64,000 bases of DNA from an uncultured Chloroflexia bacterium (GTDB taxonomy: Bacteria; Chloroflexota; Limnocylindria; QHBO01): NCBI GenBank assembly GCA_963825525.1, contig CAWGTN010000002.1, positions 160,001 to 224,000 of the forward strand, read 5' to 3'. The stretch's first letter is position 1. Each line of letters opens with the position of its first letter. A program made the translations under genes and the position numbers. Below are positions 21,741 to 31,564 of this stretch, one piece after another. The notes beneath the pieces were generated by a model. It did no database searches. It worked only from the letters and a program-made list of their open reading frames with translations, and was not told where the DNA came from.

Positions 21741-24688
21741 ATGCCCTCCGACAAGATCGTGGTTCGCGGCGCACGCGAGCACAACCTCAAGAACGTCGAC
21801 GTGGAGATGCCCCGCGATCGGCTGATCGTGGTCACCGGGCTGCTCGGGCTCCGGGAAGTCGAGCCTCGCCTTCGACACGATCTACGCCGAGGGACAGCGG
21901 CGCTACGTCGAGTCCCTGAGCGCATACGCGCGGCAGTTCCTGGGACAGATGGAGAAGCCCGACGTCGACCAGATCGACGGGCTCTCGCCCGGCCATCTCG
22001 ATCGACCAGAAGGGCTCGTCGCGCAACCCACGTTCGACGGTCGGCACCGTCACCGAGATCTACGACTACCTGCGACTGCTGTTCGCTCGCATCGGCCGCA
22101 TGCATTGCCCGATCTGCGGCCGGGAGATCGAGCGTCAGACCGTGGAGCAGATGGTCGACCAGGTCTACGGCCTGCCCGAAGGCACGCGCGTGATGCTCAT
22201 GGCGCCGCTGGTCCGGGACCGCAAGGGCGAACACGAGAAGCTGCTCGCCGGCGCCAAGCAGGCCGGGTTCGTCCGCGTGCGGGTGGACGGCGAGCTGCGC
22301 GACCTCGACGAGGAGATCAAGCTCGACAAGAAGTACAAGCACTCGATCGAGGTCGTGGTCGACCGGCTGGTCGTCCAGCACGCCGCCGATGACGGCACAA
22401 CTCGGCCCGACGCCAGCCGCATGGCCGACTCGATCGAGACCGCCCTGCGCCTGTCGGAGGGACTGCTGCTCCTCAACCTGCCCGATGCTCCGGCGCGGGA
22501 GGCCGATCGGCTCTTCAGCGAGAAGTACGCCTGTCCGGAGCACGGCGGCTCGTTCGAGGAGCCGGCGCCCCGCAACTTCAGCTTCAACTCGCCGCACGGA
22601 GCTTGTCCGGACTGCACCGGGCTGGGATCGCGGCTCGAGATCGATCCGGACCTCGTGCTGCCGAACGACGAGCTCTCGATCGACGAGGGTGCCGTCCTCC
22701 CGTGGCGGCGCATGGCGGCGACCGAGAGCTGGTTCAGCAAGATTCTCGATGCCGTGGCGGAGCACTACCACTTCCGGACCGATGTGCCGGTGCGTGACCT
22801 GTCGGACGAGGCGCGCCGCATCGTCCTCCACGGCAATCGCGGGGAGCGCGTCGACGTCCGCTACCGGGCACGCAACGGCAACACCCATACGTTCAAGACG
22901 ACGTTCGAGGGGATCATCCCGAACCTGACGCGCCGGCATCGAGAGACCGGGTCGGACGCGATGCGAGCCGACTTCGAGCGCTACATGACGAACAAGCCGT
23001 GCCCGACCTGCAACGGGATGCGGCTCAAGCCCGAGTCGCTGAGCGTCACGATCGCCGGCAAGAACGTGATCGAGACCACGCGCCGCTCGGTGACGGATGC
23101 GCTGGCCTGGTACGACACCCTCTCCGAGCGCCTGAACGAGCGCGAGAACCAGATTGCGCGTCAGGTTCTCAAGGAGATCCGGGCGCGACTCGGATTCCTC
23201 ATCGACGTCGGGCTCGACTACCTGACCCTGGACCGAGCGTCGGGAACGCTGAGCGGTGGAGAGGCGCAGCGGATCCGCCTGGCGACCCAGATCGGCTCGA
23301 GCCTGATGGGCGTGCTCTACATCCTGGACGAGCCATCGATCGGCCTCCACCAGCGGGACAACGATCGCCTCATCGCGACCCTCGTGCGGCTGCGGGATCT
23401 CGGCAACACGCTGCTCGTGGTCGAACACGACGAGGACACGATTCGCTCGGCCGACTGGGTCGTCGACATCGGCCCGGCCGCGGGCGAGCACGGCGGTCGG
23501 CTGATCCACTCCGGGCCCCTCGCCGGCCTGCTCGAGAACCGGCGGTCGATCACCGGCGCATATCTGCGGGGCGAGAAGTCGGTGCCGGTTCCGGACCGGC
23601 GGCGCAACGGAAAGGGCGCGGCGCTGGTCGTGCGCGGCGCCAGCGAGAACAACCTCAAGGGGATCGATGTCGCATTCCCGCTCGGCAGGTTCGTGGCGGT
23701 CACCGGCGTCAGCGGGTCCGGCAAGTCGAGCCTGGTGACCCAGATCCTGCATCCGGCGCTGGCTCAGCGAATCTGGGGATCTCGAGAGCCGGCTGGGAAG
23801 CACGACCGGCTCGAGGGGGTCGAGCTGATCGACAAGGTGATCCAGATCGACCAGTCGCCGATCGGCCGCACGCCTCGATCGAACCCGGCCACCTACACCG
23901 GCCTGTGGGCCCCGCTGCGCGAGCTCCTGGCGGCGGTGCCCGAGAGCCGGCTGCGTGGATACAAGCCCGGGCGTTTCAGCTTCAACGTCAAGGGCGGCCG
24001 GTGCGAGGCGTGCCAGGGCGCCGGCATCGTCCAGATCGAGATGCACTTCCTGCCCGACGTCTACGTTCCGTGCGAGGTGTGCAAGGGGAAGCGATACAAC
24101 CGCGAGACCCTCGAGATCCACTACAAGGGCAAGAACGTGGCGGAGATCCTCGAGATGACGGTCGAGGAGTCCCTGCGATTCTTCGAGGCCGTGCCCAGCA
24201 TCCGCAACAAGCTCCAGACGCTCAACGACGTCGGCATGGGCTACGTCCACCTGGGGCAGCCGGCCACCACGCTGTCGGGCGGCGAGGCGCAGCGCGTGAA
24301 GCTGGCCACGGAGCTCTCGAAGCGGGCGACCGGCAAGACGTTCTACATCCTCGACGAACCGACGACCGGCCTCCACTTCGACGACGTCGCGCGGCTGCTC
24401 CAGGTGCTTTCGCGCCTCGTCGAGAGCGGGAACACCGTCGTCGTCATCGAGCACAACCTCGACGTGATCAAGACCGCCGACTGGGTGATCGACCTCGGTC
24501 CGGAGGGTGGCGACCGCGGCGGCGAGCTCGTGGCCGCCGGGACGCCGGAACAGATCGCACGCGTGGCTGCGTCGCACACCGGGCGCTACCTCCGATCGGC
24601 GCTCGGCATCGAGCCGGACGTCGCCGATGCCCCAGCCGACAGTCCACGCCGCCCGCGTCGCCGATCCGCAACCGCCGTCGGCTCGTAG
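21741..24688 (+). CDS. uvrA: Excinuclease ABC subunit A (frameshifts near 21845 and 21990)
   Basis: [56 protein letters not shown]. Confidence 0.97.
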
Positions 24689-26331
24689 GGTCGCCCGGCC
24701 TCCAGCCCCATCTCGGCGAGGAACGGAGATGGAAGGCGGGGATCGAACGCCAGGATGAGCCGCCGGGTCGCGCGCGTCAGGGCCACGTAGGCTAATCGGC
24801 GCTCCTCCTCGAGCGCTCGATCGGGGTCGGCCGCATCGAGAAGCGATCGACGGTTCGGGATCCGATCGGCCTCGAAGCCGACGAGCACCACCGTCTGCCA
24901 CTCCCGTCCCTTGGAGCCGTGGACGGTGGCGAGCTCGACGGGCGCCGCCGGGTCGCGCAGCGCCGTGATTCGTGCCCGGGCGCCATCGAAGGCGCCGATG
25001 AAGGACGGCACCGAGCCGAAGGCGACGGACCATCCCATGAGGGCATCCAGCGCGGCGTGGTCGCCATCGGCCAGCATGTCGCCGGTGAGCGTTCCGCGTG
25101 CCCATCCGTGGCCCGCTCGGAGCGTGCGGAGGACGCGAAACGGATGCTCGGCAGCATCGATGTGTCGTGCGGCATCGATGAGCGTGCGGACACTGGCCGA
25201 GTCCACGATCGGCTCGATGGCCGATGCGTGCCGCACGCCCTCGCGCACGAGCGCCAGCAGAATCGGCGTCAACTCGCTCCGTGTTCGCGAGAGGAAGCAG
25301 AGGCTCGAGCCATCGGCGTCGTGCGCAGCGGCCATCCGGGCCATCTCGTCCGCCCATCCCGCCCGTGAGGCGTCGGAGGCCACGATCGAACCGGGAGTGG
25401 CGTCCTGTGTCGACGGGCCGTGGATCGGCTTGACGAACCGCTCGCGGTTGACGGCCACCATGCGCGCCGATGCCTCGATCACCTCGCGCGGGCAGCGGTA
25501 GTTGGTTGCCAGCATCACGCGGCGGGCTGCTGGGTAGTCATGGGAGAAGCGCAGAATTCTCCGCACGTCGGCCAGGCGCCAGGCGTAGATGGTCTGGTCG
25601 TCGTCACCGACCACGAACAGGTTGTCCTCCGGCGCCGCCAGCAACCGCACCAGGCGCAGCTGGGCGGCATCCACATCCTGGAACTCGTCGACGCAAACGT
25701 GGCTGAAGCGTGCCTGCCAGCGCAGGCGGAGCCGGGCATCGGAGCCCAGGAGATCGGCCGCGCGCACCACGAGGTCGTCGAAATCGATGGCGCCTCGGGC
25801 ACGCAGCAGATCGGCATAGGCGTCAAGGGTCGGCCGATCGGCGTCCGGCGGCACGAGGCCCTCGATCTTCCACCGCGACAGCCAGGTATCGAGCTCGGCT
25901 GGCTCGGAGATGGCGACGTTCGGGGCGTCAGCCTGGGCGCGGCGGCGCGCTGCACGGATGAGGGGGAGGCGATCCGCGACGATGCGCGTGCTCTCGCCTG
26001 CGTCGCGAAGGATGAGTCCCGCCAGGGCATGGAGGGTCCGAACCTCCACCGCCGTGGCCGTCGGCATGTGGCTGCCCAGGCGCCGGGCGACGCGGCCGGC
26101 GAGGTCATGGGCGGCGTCGCGATTGAACGTCACCACGCAGATACGGTCGGCGGGCACGCCCCGGGCGAGCAGGACGGCGATCCTGGCGACCATGGTGGTG
26201 GTCTTGCCACTCCCCGCGGGCGCGATGATCTGGGCCGGACCGTCCGGCAGCGTCGCGGCCTGGCGTTGCTCATCGTCGAGCGCGCCGAGGATGGTGTCGA
26301 GCGCGGGCGCCGTGGCCGCCGCAGTTTCCAT
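24586..26331 (-). CDS. UvrD/PcrA-family SF1 ATP-dependent DNA helicase
   Basis: APAGSGKT, VTFN, VDEFQD, VGDDDQTIYAWR, NYRC, TVHGSKGREW, EERRLAYVALTRA. Confidence 0.92.
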   Translation of the reverse strand: METAAATAPALDTILGALDDEQRQAATLPDGPAQIIAPAGSGKTTTMVARIAVLLARGVPADRICVVTFNRDAAHDLAGRVARRLGSHMPTATAVEVRTLHALAGLILRDAGESTRIVADRLPLIRAARRRAQADAPNVAISEPAELDTWLSRWKIEGLVPPDADRPTLDAYADLLRARGAIDFDDLVVRAADLLGSDARLRLRWQARFSHVCVDEFQDVDAAQLRLVRLLAAPEDNLFVVGDDDQTIYAWRLADVRRILRFSHDYPAARRVMLATNYRCPREVIEASARMVAVNRERFVKPIHGPSTQDATPGSIVASDASRAGWADEMARMAAAHDADGSSLCFLSRTRSELTPILLALVREGVRHASAIEPIVDSASVRTLIDAARHIDAAEHPFRVLRTLRAGHGWARGTLTGDMLADGDHAALDALMGWSVAFGSVPSFIGAFDGARARITALRDPAAPVELATVHGSKGREWQTVVLVGFEADRIPNRRSLLDAADPDRALEEERRLAYVALTRATRRLILAFDPRLPSPFLAEMGLEAGRPYEPTAVADRRRGRRGLSAGASATSGSMPSADRR

Positions 26332-26535
26332 CCGACGGATTGTTCGGGGATCGGCTTACCGTGGGCTCATCGCCCGCTTACCGAGGTCAGTGAGCCACCC
26401 CACCGGCACCGATGCGGGCGAGGCCGTATCCTTTCGGCTTGCCAACGAGGACCGAGCACGCGCGGCGAGCTGATCGGCGCCAGGCATCACGGCCGGAGCC
26501 GCCCCGTAGGCGCGTGCAACGACGCCGGCGTCGTC
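26106..26535 (+). repeat. Left copy of imperfect direct repeat (helicase 5' end, intergenic region, decayed LCP 5' fragment)
   Basis: Matches 31024-31564 apart from scattered SNPs and two deletions of 17 and 94 bp. Confidence 0.93.
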
Positions 26536-26568
26536 GCGAGCAGCGCCAAATCGACAAATTTCCTGTGC

Positions 26569-26967
26569 CTAGTCCTCGCATTCAGGTTGCTGCGTGGATG
26601 CGTAGGCGCACAGCTCTGGCACCTGGTTGAATAGGTTGCCAGGCCCGAGTGCTTCGGAGAAGAAGACGAAGTAGTCGGGCTCCTCGGAGGAGCGCCCGGG
26701 CATCATCAGCACTCTTCGTGGGTCGACCCCCCGCAACGCCAGAACCTGTCCATTCGCGAATATCGGGTCGTTGCTGTCTTCGACGTCGCCCGCGATGGTG
26801 AGGTCATCGGGCTCAACGTCCAGCGGGATGATGGCGCCGCCATATCGCTGGCCGCCGAAGGACACCCAGGTGACTGAATCGACCTCACAGGCGACCGCCG
26901 ACACCGTGAACGCGATGGCGACGAACCACTGAACCCAGTGCCTCAACGCGCTAGGGCTGCTGCGCAA
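26569..26967 (-). CDS. Putative lipoprotein
   Basis: Hydrophobic leader ending in lipobox-like AVAC. Confidence 0.6.
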   Translation of the reverse strand: MRSSPSALRHWVQWFVAIAFTVSAVACEVDSVTWVSFGGQRYGGAIIPLDVEPDDLTIAGDVEDSNDPIFANGQVLALRGVDPRRVLMMPGRSSEEPDYFVFFSEALGPGNLFNQVPELCAYASTQQPECED

Positions 26968-27559
26968 GTTGGTCGGTCAGGGTATTCATCCTGAGGCTCA
27001 CCGTACGCTCGAAGTTGGTCCAACCGGTGTCCGTCGAGATGAAGCTGCCATGGCCCTGCCACAGCACTGTCCACGCCCGCTCGCTCCCGTCCTCGAACGG
27101 AGTGTCCTCCAGACGGAGGAACAGAAGGTAATCGGTTCCCTCTCGCCAGTCGACTTGGCTGTCGTGGACCATGGTCATGTTGCCAACAGTTCCACCGATC
27201 CCTCTCACGATGATACGGCCCGCCGGTAGGGATCCATGCAGAACATTCTGCACGGTGAATAGGTCGTCTCGATAGATCCAGGCTCGCCTGCCGTCGGCTG
27301 TCGCGGGCTCCCAGGGCGCATTGTCAGTGCTGTTCCAGAAGCTGTCCGACACGCCCGTGAACCTCAGTACGGCGACTGCATCGGCGCTGTTCACCAACGT
27401 CGTGAGCCGGACGTCCGGATAGATTGCGGCCACACTGATGGTTTCGTCTGGTTGAGAGGTCAGCGCAACACCGGCGGCGACGACAAGGCCTAACCCAACG
27501 ACTGCCGCAGCGCCATGGCGATATGCGCGAATGATGACTCCGTTGACCACGGTCAGCAC
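26951..27559 (-). CDS. Exported/membrane-anchored hypothetical protein
   Basis: N-terminal hydrophobic helix; GTG 1 nt after the upstream stop. Confidence 0.7.
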   Translation of the reverse strand: MLTVVNGVIIRAYRHGAAAVVGLGLVVAAGVALTSQPDETISVAAIYPDVRLTTLVNSADAVAVLRFTGVSDSFWNSTDNAPWEPATADGRRAWIYRDDLFTVQNVLHGSLPAGRIIVRGIGGTVGNMTMVHDSQVDWREGTDYLLFLRLEDTPFEDGSERAWTVLWQGHGSFISTDTGWTNFERTVSLRMNTLTDQLAQQP

Positions 27560-27560
27560 C

Positions 27561-28190
27561 TCACTTGGGTGGATACAGCTTCTCGATACCCGCGCGATCG
27601 TGTGTGGTGATCGACCGCTGCTTGGTGTCGGCGATCGTCGTGCTCGGCCACATTGTGTCGTCGACGTATGTGCTCCCGCTCACATGAGTGAGGGAAACCT
27701 GATGACCGAACTCGTGGGCCGCCACGCTCCAGAGGTCGACCTCTTTGTTACTGCCGTTCGGCGTTCCGGTGCCTGTGTACCAGTGATAGATGCTGGGGGT
27801 TGTATTGAAGGCAATGGCACCTGTGCAGATCGTGACTGCGCAAGACCCCGCAAACGTCATGGACATGGCCATCGAGTCACCATTGGGCCAAGCCAGGTCT
27901 TCGTAGGTGATTTTGATTAGCCCGTTAGAGCTCGTGCCGGCGGCAAAGTAGAGCTCTCGTCCGGCCGAATTCCAGCTGCCTGCGCCGTCGACGATCCTTG
28001 GCTTGAAATTGGCCGGCACGCTTGAGTGGTACCAGTATCGGATGTAGTTTTGGTACGGAGCGACCACAACATCCTTCCACTTGGCGTTGATGTTGTGGGC
28101 CGCGATTGCGGTGCCGGCCAAGCCGGATAGCAGGAGCGCAAGCGCAAATATCGCGGTGAGTGATCGGCGCGCTATGCCACGGCTTCGCAT
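27561..28190 (-). CDS. Secreted metzincin (matrixin/M10-like) metallopeptidase
   Basis: Signal peptide; DLWSVAAHEFGHQVSLTH; Met-turn DTMWP; HDRAGIEKLY. Confidence 0.82.
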   Translation of the reverse strand: MRSRGIARRSLTAIFALALLLSGLAGTAIAAHNINAKWKDVVVAPYQNYIRYWYHSSVPANFKPRIVDGAGSWNSAGRELYFAAGTSSNGLIKITYEDLAWPNGDSMAMSMTFAGSCAVTICTGAIAFNTTPSIYHWYTGTGTPNGSNKEVDLWSVAAHEFGHQVSLTHVSGSTYVDDTMWPSTTIADTKQRSITTHDRAGIEKLYPPK

Positions 28191-28219
28191 TCTTATTGAC
28201 CCCTCTCGGAAGCTACGCG

Positions 28220-28651
28220 CTACTCGTTGGCCCACTGGCTGCCAGCCCTCGACACGTCGGAGTACAGATTCACGGTGCCGTCCGCTTGGATTACGCAGAC
28301 CACTGCATTCAAGAGCGGCGGCTTCTCAATAGTCGGTGCCATCGCCACTAAGTCCGTGCGGAACTCCCCGGAGAACAGGATCACATGGGCCGGTCTTCGA
28401 TCTTGTTCGAGTTCAGGGGTCCGAAGCATGTTGGGCAGGTGGTTCGGTAGATCCGCAGCGTGATCGAGGGCAAACTCAGCCGCAATGCGGTTGTCTCCGG
28501 CCCCACATTTCTGCCGCTCTACCGGGTCCCTCGGTGCGGCAACTGCTAGCGCAACTGCGGTGACAAGCGAGGCGCAAATGGCCAAGACCATCGCGGGACC
28601 CATGGTCCTTCCCAGCTTCAGACGGTGCCTTGTCACAATTTGAGCCCTCAC
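28220..28651 (-). CDS. Exported hypothetical protein
   Basis: GTGA overlap with the upstream stop; hydrophobic leader; two Cys in the mature part. Confidence 0.65.
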   Translation of the reverse strand: MRAQIVTRHRLKLGRTMGPAMVLAICASLVTAVALAVAAPRDPVERQKCGAGDNRIAAEFALDHAADLPNHLPNMLRTPELEQDRRPAHVILFSGEFRTDLVAMAPTIEKPPLLNAVVCVIQADGTVNLYSDVSRAGSQWANE

Positions 28652-29406
28652 CTGGATGTCCAAATGTCGATGCTCCGCGTGCCCGTCACATCACACAAGA
28701 ACGGCGCTCCACCGTTGTTGAAGTTGCACGAGTCGGCTGCGTTGAAGGACGTCCAGAAGAAGCCGCCGCCCTCGACATTCGCGTAGTTGAGCGATGTGAT
28801 GCTCAGCTTGTTTCCAGGGTCACCGCCCAGCTGGTCGCCCAAGTCCATGGTCTGTCCGAACCACTGTGCTCGGCGCCCGGTCCAACAGATGTTGCTCTCG
28901 GCGATGGAGTGGACGAGAGTCGCATCTACGTAGAATCTCCACTCGTTCGAGGTGTGATGCACCTTGAAGTCGTGCGGCGCGCTGACGTACGCACCTTCGT
29001 TCTGTATGACCGGAGAGCGGTTTGAGTATCCGGCACAGCCTGCCACCGATGATGATCGACCCCACGCGCTGTAGTAGCGCTGGCCGCCGACGCACGCGCT
29101 CCCTCGGCAGTTCCCCATTCCGACGGTGACGACACTCAGGCCCGCAGAATTGTCCGGAGCGACGGCGCTCCAAACCATGCTCCCGCTGATCTCGACCAGC
29201 CCAGGCGTGCCACACTGGACGAGCGCATGCGCCTCGGCAGTTGCTGACGCTCCGTGCTTCTGGTTCGCCGTGTCTGTGGTGCTATGGCCACGCCAGCGAT
29301 TCGTCTGAGATCCCTCGCTGCAAGATGCATGTTGCGCTGAAGCGGCCGGCGGCATCACCATCGATATGACCATGACAGCCGCGGCAGCAGTCGCTGCGAC
29401 GCGCAT
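28648..29406 (-). CDS. Secreted Cys-rich beta-sandwich protein, possibly G1/neprosin-like fold
   Basis: AGGAG RBS; signal peptide ending ASA; several Cys; WSAV..VVTVG, WRFYVD, AQWFGQT. Confidence 0.65.
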   Translation of the reverse strand: MRVAATAAAAVMVISMVMPPAASAQHASCSEGSQTNRWRGHSTTDTANQKHGASATAEAHALVQCGTPGLVEISGSMVWSAVAPDNSAGLSVVTVGMGNCRGSACVGGQRYYSAWGRSSSVAGCAGYSNRSPVIQNEGAYVSAPHDFKVHHTSNEWRFYVDATLVHSIAESNICWTGRRAQWFGQTMDLGDQLGGDPGNKLSITSLNYANVEGGGFFWTSFNAADSCNFNNGGAPFLCDVTGTRSIDIWTSR

Positions 29407-29515
29407 GTGGTTTCGACTCCTATGCTCCGTCGATCTCGGCGGGCGGAAACGCGTTCGGCGTGCCCGTGCCGTCGGGTGGTTTGAGGAGACGGTGCCTGCA
29501 TCCATCTCCCTCGTC

Positions 29516-29553
29516 TGTCATACAAGTCACGGAGTTCTGTGCGTGTAGTCACA
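29516..29553. promoter_or_regulatory. Two tandem CRP/FNR-type boxes
   Basis: TGTCA-TACAAG-TCACG (29516-29531) and TGTGC-GTGTAG-TCACA (29538-29553) versus consensus TGTGA-N6-TCACA; between the Crp gene and the divergent operon. Confidence 0.75.
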
Positions 29554-29601
29554 CAATGTTCCGAAGCCTGTGGAATAGACTGGGCCGGGAGGGAGCATCA
29601 A

Positions 29602-30303
29602 GTGATAGTTGATCGCGTCGCGACAGCCGATCTGACAGAAGCGCTTGACTCTAGTTTCCTGGCCGCGGTGGATCCTGGCGTGCGGTCACGACTTGTAGCG
29701 GACGGCCGAGTCCTGACCATCCCCGCCGCGTACATGTTGGTCGACGGATATCGCGAGTTCGGCGGGATCGTGATGTCCGGGCTGCTGCGTGTGTTCGCTC
29801 AGGCAAGCGATGGGCGGCCGAGCATCACGTATCGGAATGCCGCCCGCGGAGATGCCGTCGGCCTTGGAGCTCTTCTCGGCGTTCAGGACGAGATCTGGGT
29901 CGAGACGATAACCCCCGCGACTGTGCTCTCACTCCGACTGGCAAGCGTGAGATTTTATTGCGGCACGGACGCCTCGCTCGCGCTCGCGCTGGCCGGGGAG
30001 GCCATGCGGCGCCTGCAGTCGACCACTCGCGAACTTCGCCTGTGGGCTCGCGGGACCGTGCGCGATCGCACGATTAGATGCCTGCTCGACATGGCACAGG
30101 GCGCGGATGGAGGTGTACCCACGTGTGTGCGGGTTAGTCACGAGCAACTCGCGGAACGGGTCGGCTCAACACGCGAGGTAGTCACCCGGGCGCTAGGACA
30201 CCTCGAGCGAATCGGTCTCGTGCGATTAGGGCGTGGTCAGGTCAAAATACCCGACATCGTTCTGTTGAGCCGAGAGATTCATGCAATCTCCGAGACTCGC
30301 TGA
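29602..30303 (+). CDS. Crp/Fnr family transcriptional regulator
   Basis: cNMP-like domain (IVMSGLLRVF..GDAVG); HTH SHEQLAERVGSTREVVTRALGHL; GGGAGGGAG RBS. Confidence 0.9.
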   Translation: MIVDRVATADLTEALDSSFLAAVDPGVRSRLVADGRVLTIPAAYMLVDGYREFGGIVMSGLLRVFAQASDGRPSITYRNAARGDAVGLGALLGVQDEIWVETITPATVLSLRLASVRFYCGTDASLALALAGEAMRRLQSTTRELRLWARGTVRDRTIRCLLDMAQGADGGVPTCVRVSHEQLAERVGSTREVVTRALGHLERIGLVRLGRGQVKIPDIVLLSREIHAISETR

Positions 30304-30473
30304 TGCATCCAGGCCACAGCCGGCTGGGGCTGCTTGATTCACGATGGACGAGATTGCAGGGATGCCGTCCAAAGGAGATCGCTGCGCCGAGGACAATCTC
30401 GCCCCGTTGATCCAAGAAGAGAGACCGAAGAAGCCGATTCAGCCGCATTTGCCCTTCCCTCCCGAGGTCCATC

Positions 30474-31023
30474 GTGATGGTGTTGGGGCATGCCTGTCAC
30501 CGACCTGCCTCTCGGTTCCGCCCCCCGAGCCTTGCGCCCACGCGCAACGATCTACGACGGTGGTGGGGGAGCGTGGCGGGCTTCTCGCCGAGCACGCGTG
30601 GCCACCTGCTCGGCATGGTCCGCGCCTTCTACGCCGAGGCCGTCGAGCGCACCTGGGTCGTCGCAGATCCCTCTAAGGGCATCAGGGCCCCACACCGCGA
30701 GAATGACGACGAGACGCCTGCGCTTACGCGGGAAGAGGCGCTCCGTCTGATCGCTTCCATCCGGGCGGAATGCGACCACCCCGAGCGAGGCATCATCGCC
30801 CGTCGGGACCTGGCGATCGTCGCCGTGATGCTACGCATGTGCCTGCGCTGTAACGAGGTGCATTGGCTCCGCTGGCGCGCCCTGCAGACGCTGGACGGCC
30901 GCCGCGTCCTGAAGTTCCTCGGCAAGTTCCGCAAGTGGGGGGACCCTGTACGTGCCACCCGACGTCGACGAGACACTCGCCGCGTGGCGGGAAAGCTATC
31001 GCGCACAGGTAGGCGTGGACTTC
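30474..31023 (+). pseudogene. Truncated tyrosine recombinase/integrase
   Basis: SPSTRGHLLGMVRAFY..DPSKGIRAP..PALTREEA..RDLAIVAVMLRMCLRCNEV..GKFRK; cut at the repeat before the HxxR and Tyr motifs. Confidence 0.8.
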
Positions 31024-31564
31024 CATGGGCGGCGTCGCGATTGAACGTCACCACGCAGATGCGGTCGGCGGGCACGCCCCGGGCGAGCAGGACGGCGATC
31101 CTGGCGACCATGGTGGTCGTCTTGCCACTCCCCGCGGGCGCGATGATCTGCGCCGGACCGTCCGGCAGCGTCGCGGCCTGGCGTTGCTCATCGTCGAGCG
31201 CGCCGAGGATGGTGTCGAGCGCGGCCGCCGTGGCCGCCGCAGTTTCCATCCGACGGATTGTTCGGGGATCGGCTTACCGTGGGCTCATCGCCCGCTTACC
31301 GAGGTCAGTGAGCCACCCCACCGGCACCGATGCGGGCGAGGCCGTATCCTTTCCGCCGCGCCAGCCTTTCGGCGGGCCAACGAGGACCGAGCACCTTCCA
31401 TGAATCCCGCGTGAGACGTCCGGCAGCCGTGGCGTTCAGCGACGACACCGTCCCGTACGATCGTGAGCTCATCCGCTCCGGTGGCACCGCGCGGCGAGCC
31501 GATCGGCGCCAGGCATCACGTCCGGAGCCGCCCCGTAGGCGCGCGCAACGACGCCGGCGCCGTC
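31024..31564 (+). repeat. Right copy of direct repeat (orphan helicase 5' fragment, intergenic region, intact LCP start)
   Basis: Minus strand encodes METAAATAAALDT..GSGKTT..VTFNRDAAH, the same as the helicase N-terminus except one residue. Confidence 0.93.

Larger units (their letters stand above)
26536..31023. mobile_element. Degenerate integrative element / genomic islet
   Basis: Bounded by long direct repeats; contains an integrase remnant; visibly more A/T-rich than the flanks (by eye, not computed). Confidence 0.75.

Noticed and set aside
21725-25357. 1210-aa minus-strand ORF and similar long antisense ORFs (34817-37381, 38164-40719, 61520-63967)
   Set aside because: Shadow frames of real high-GC genes (uvrA, secDF, recJ/pyrF, ileS) with no protein motifs of their own.
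30300-30473. Short ORFs between the Crp gene and the integrase remnant
   Set aside because: No recognisable motif; probably decayed sequence.
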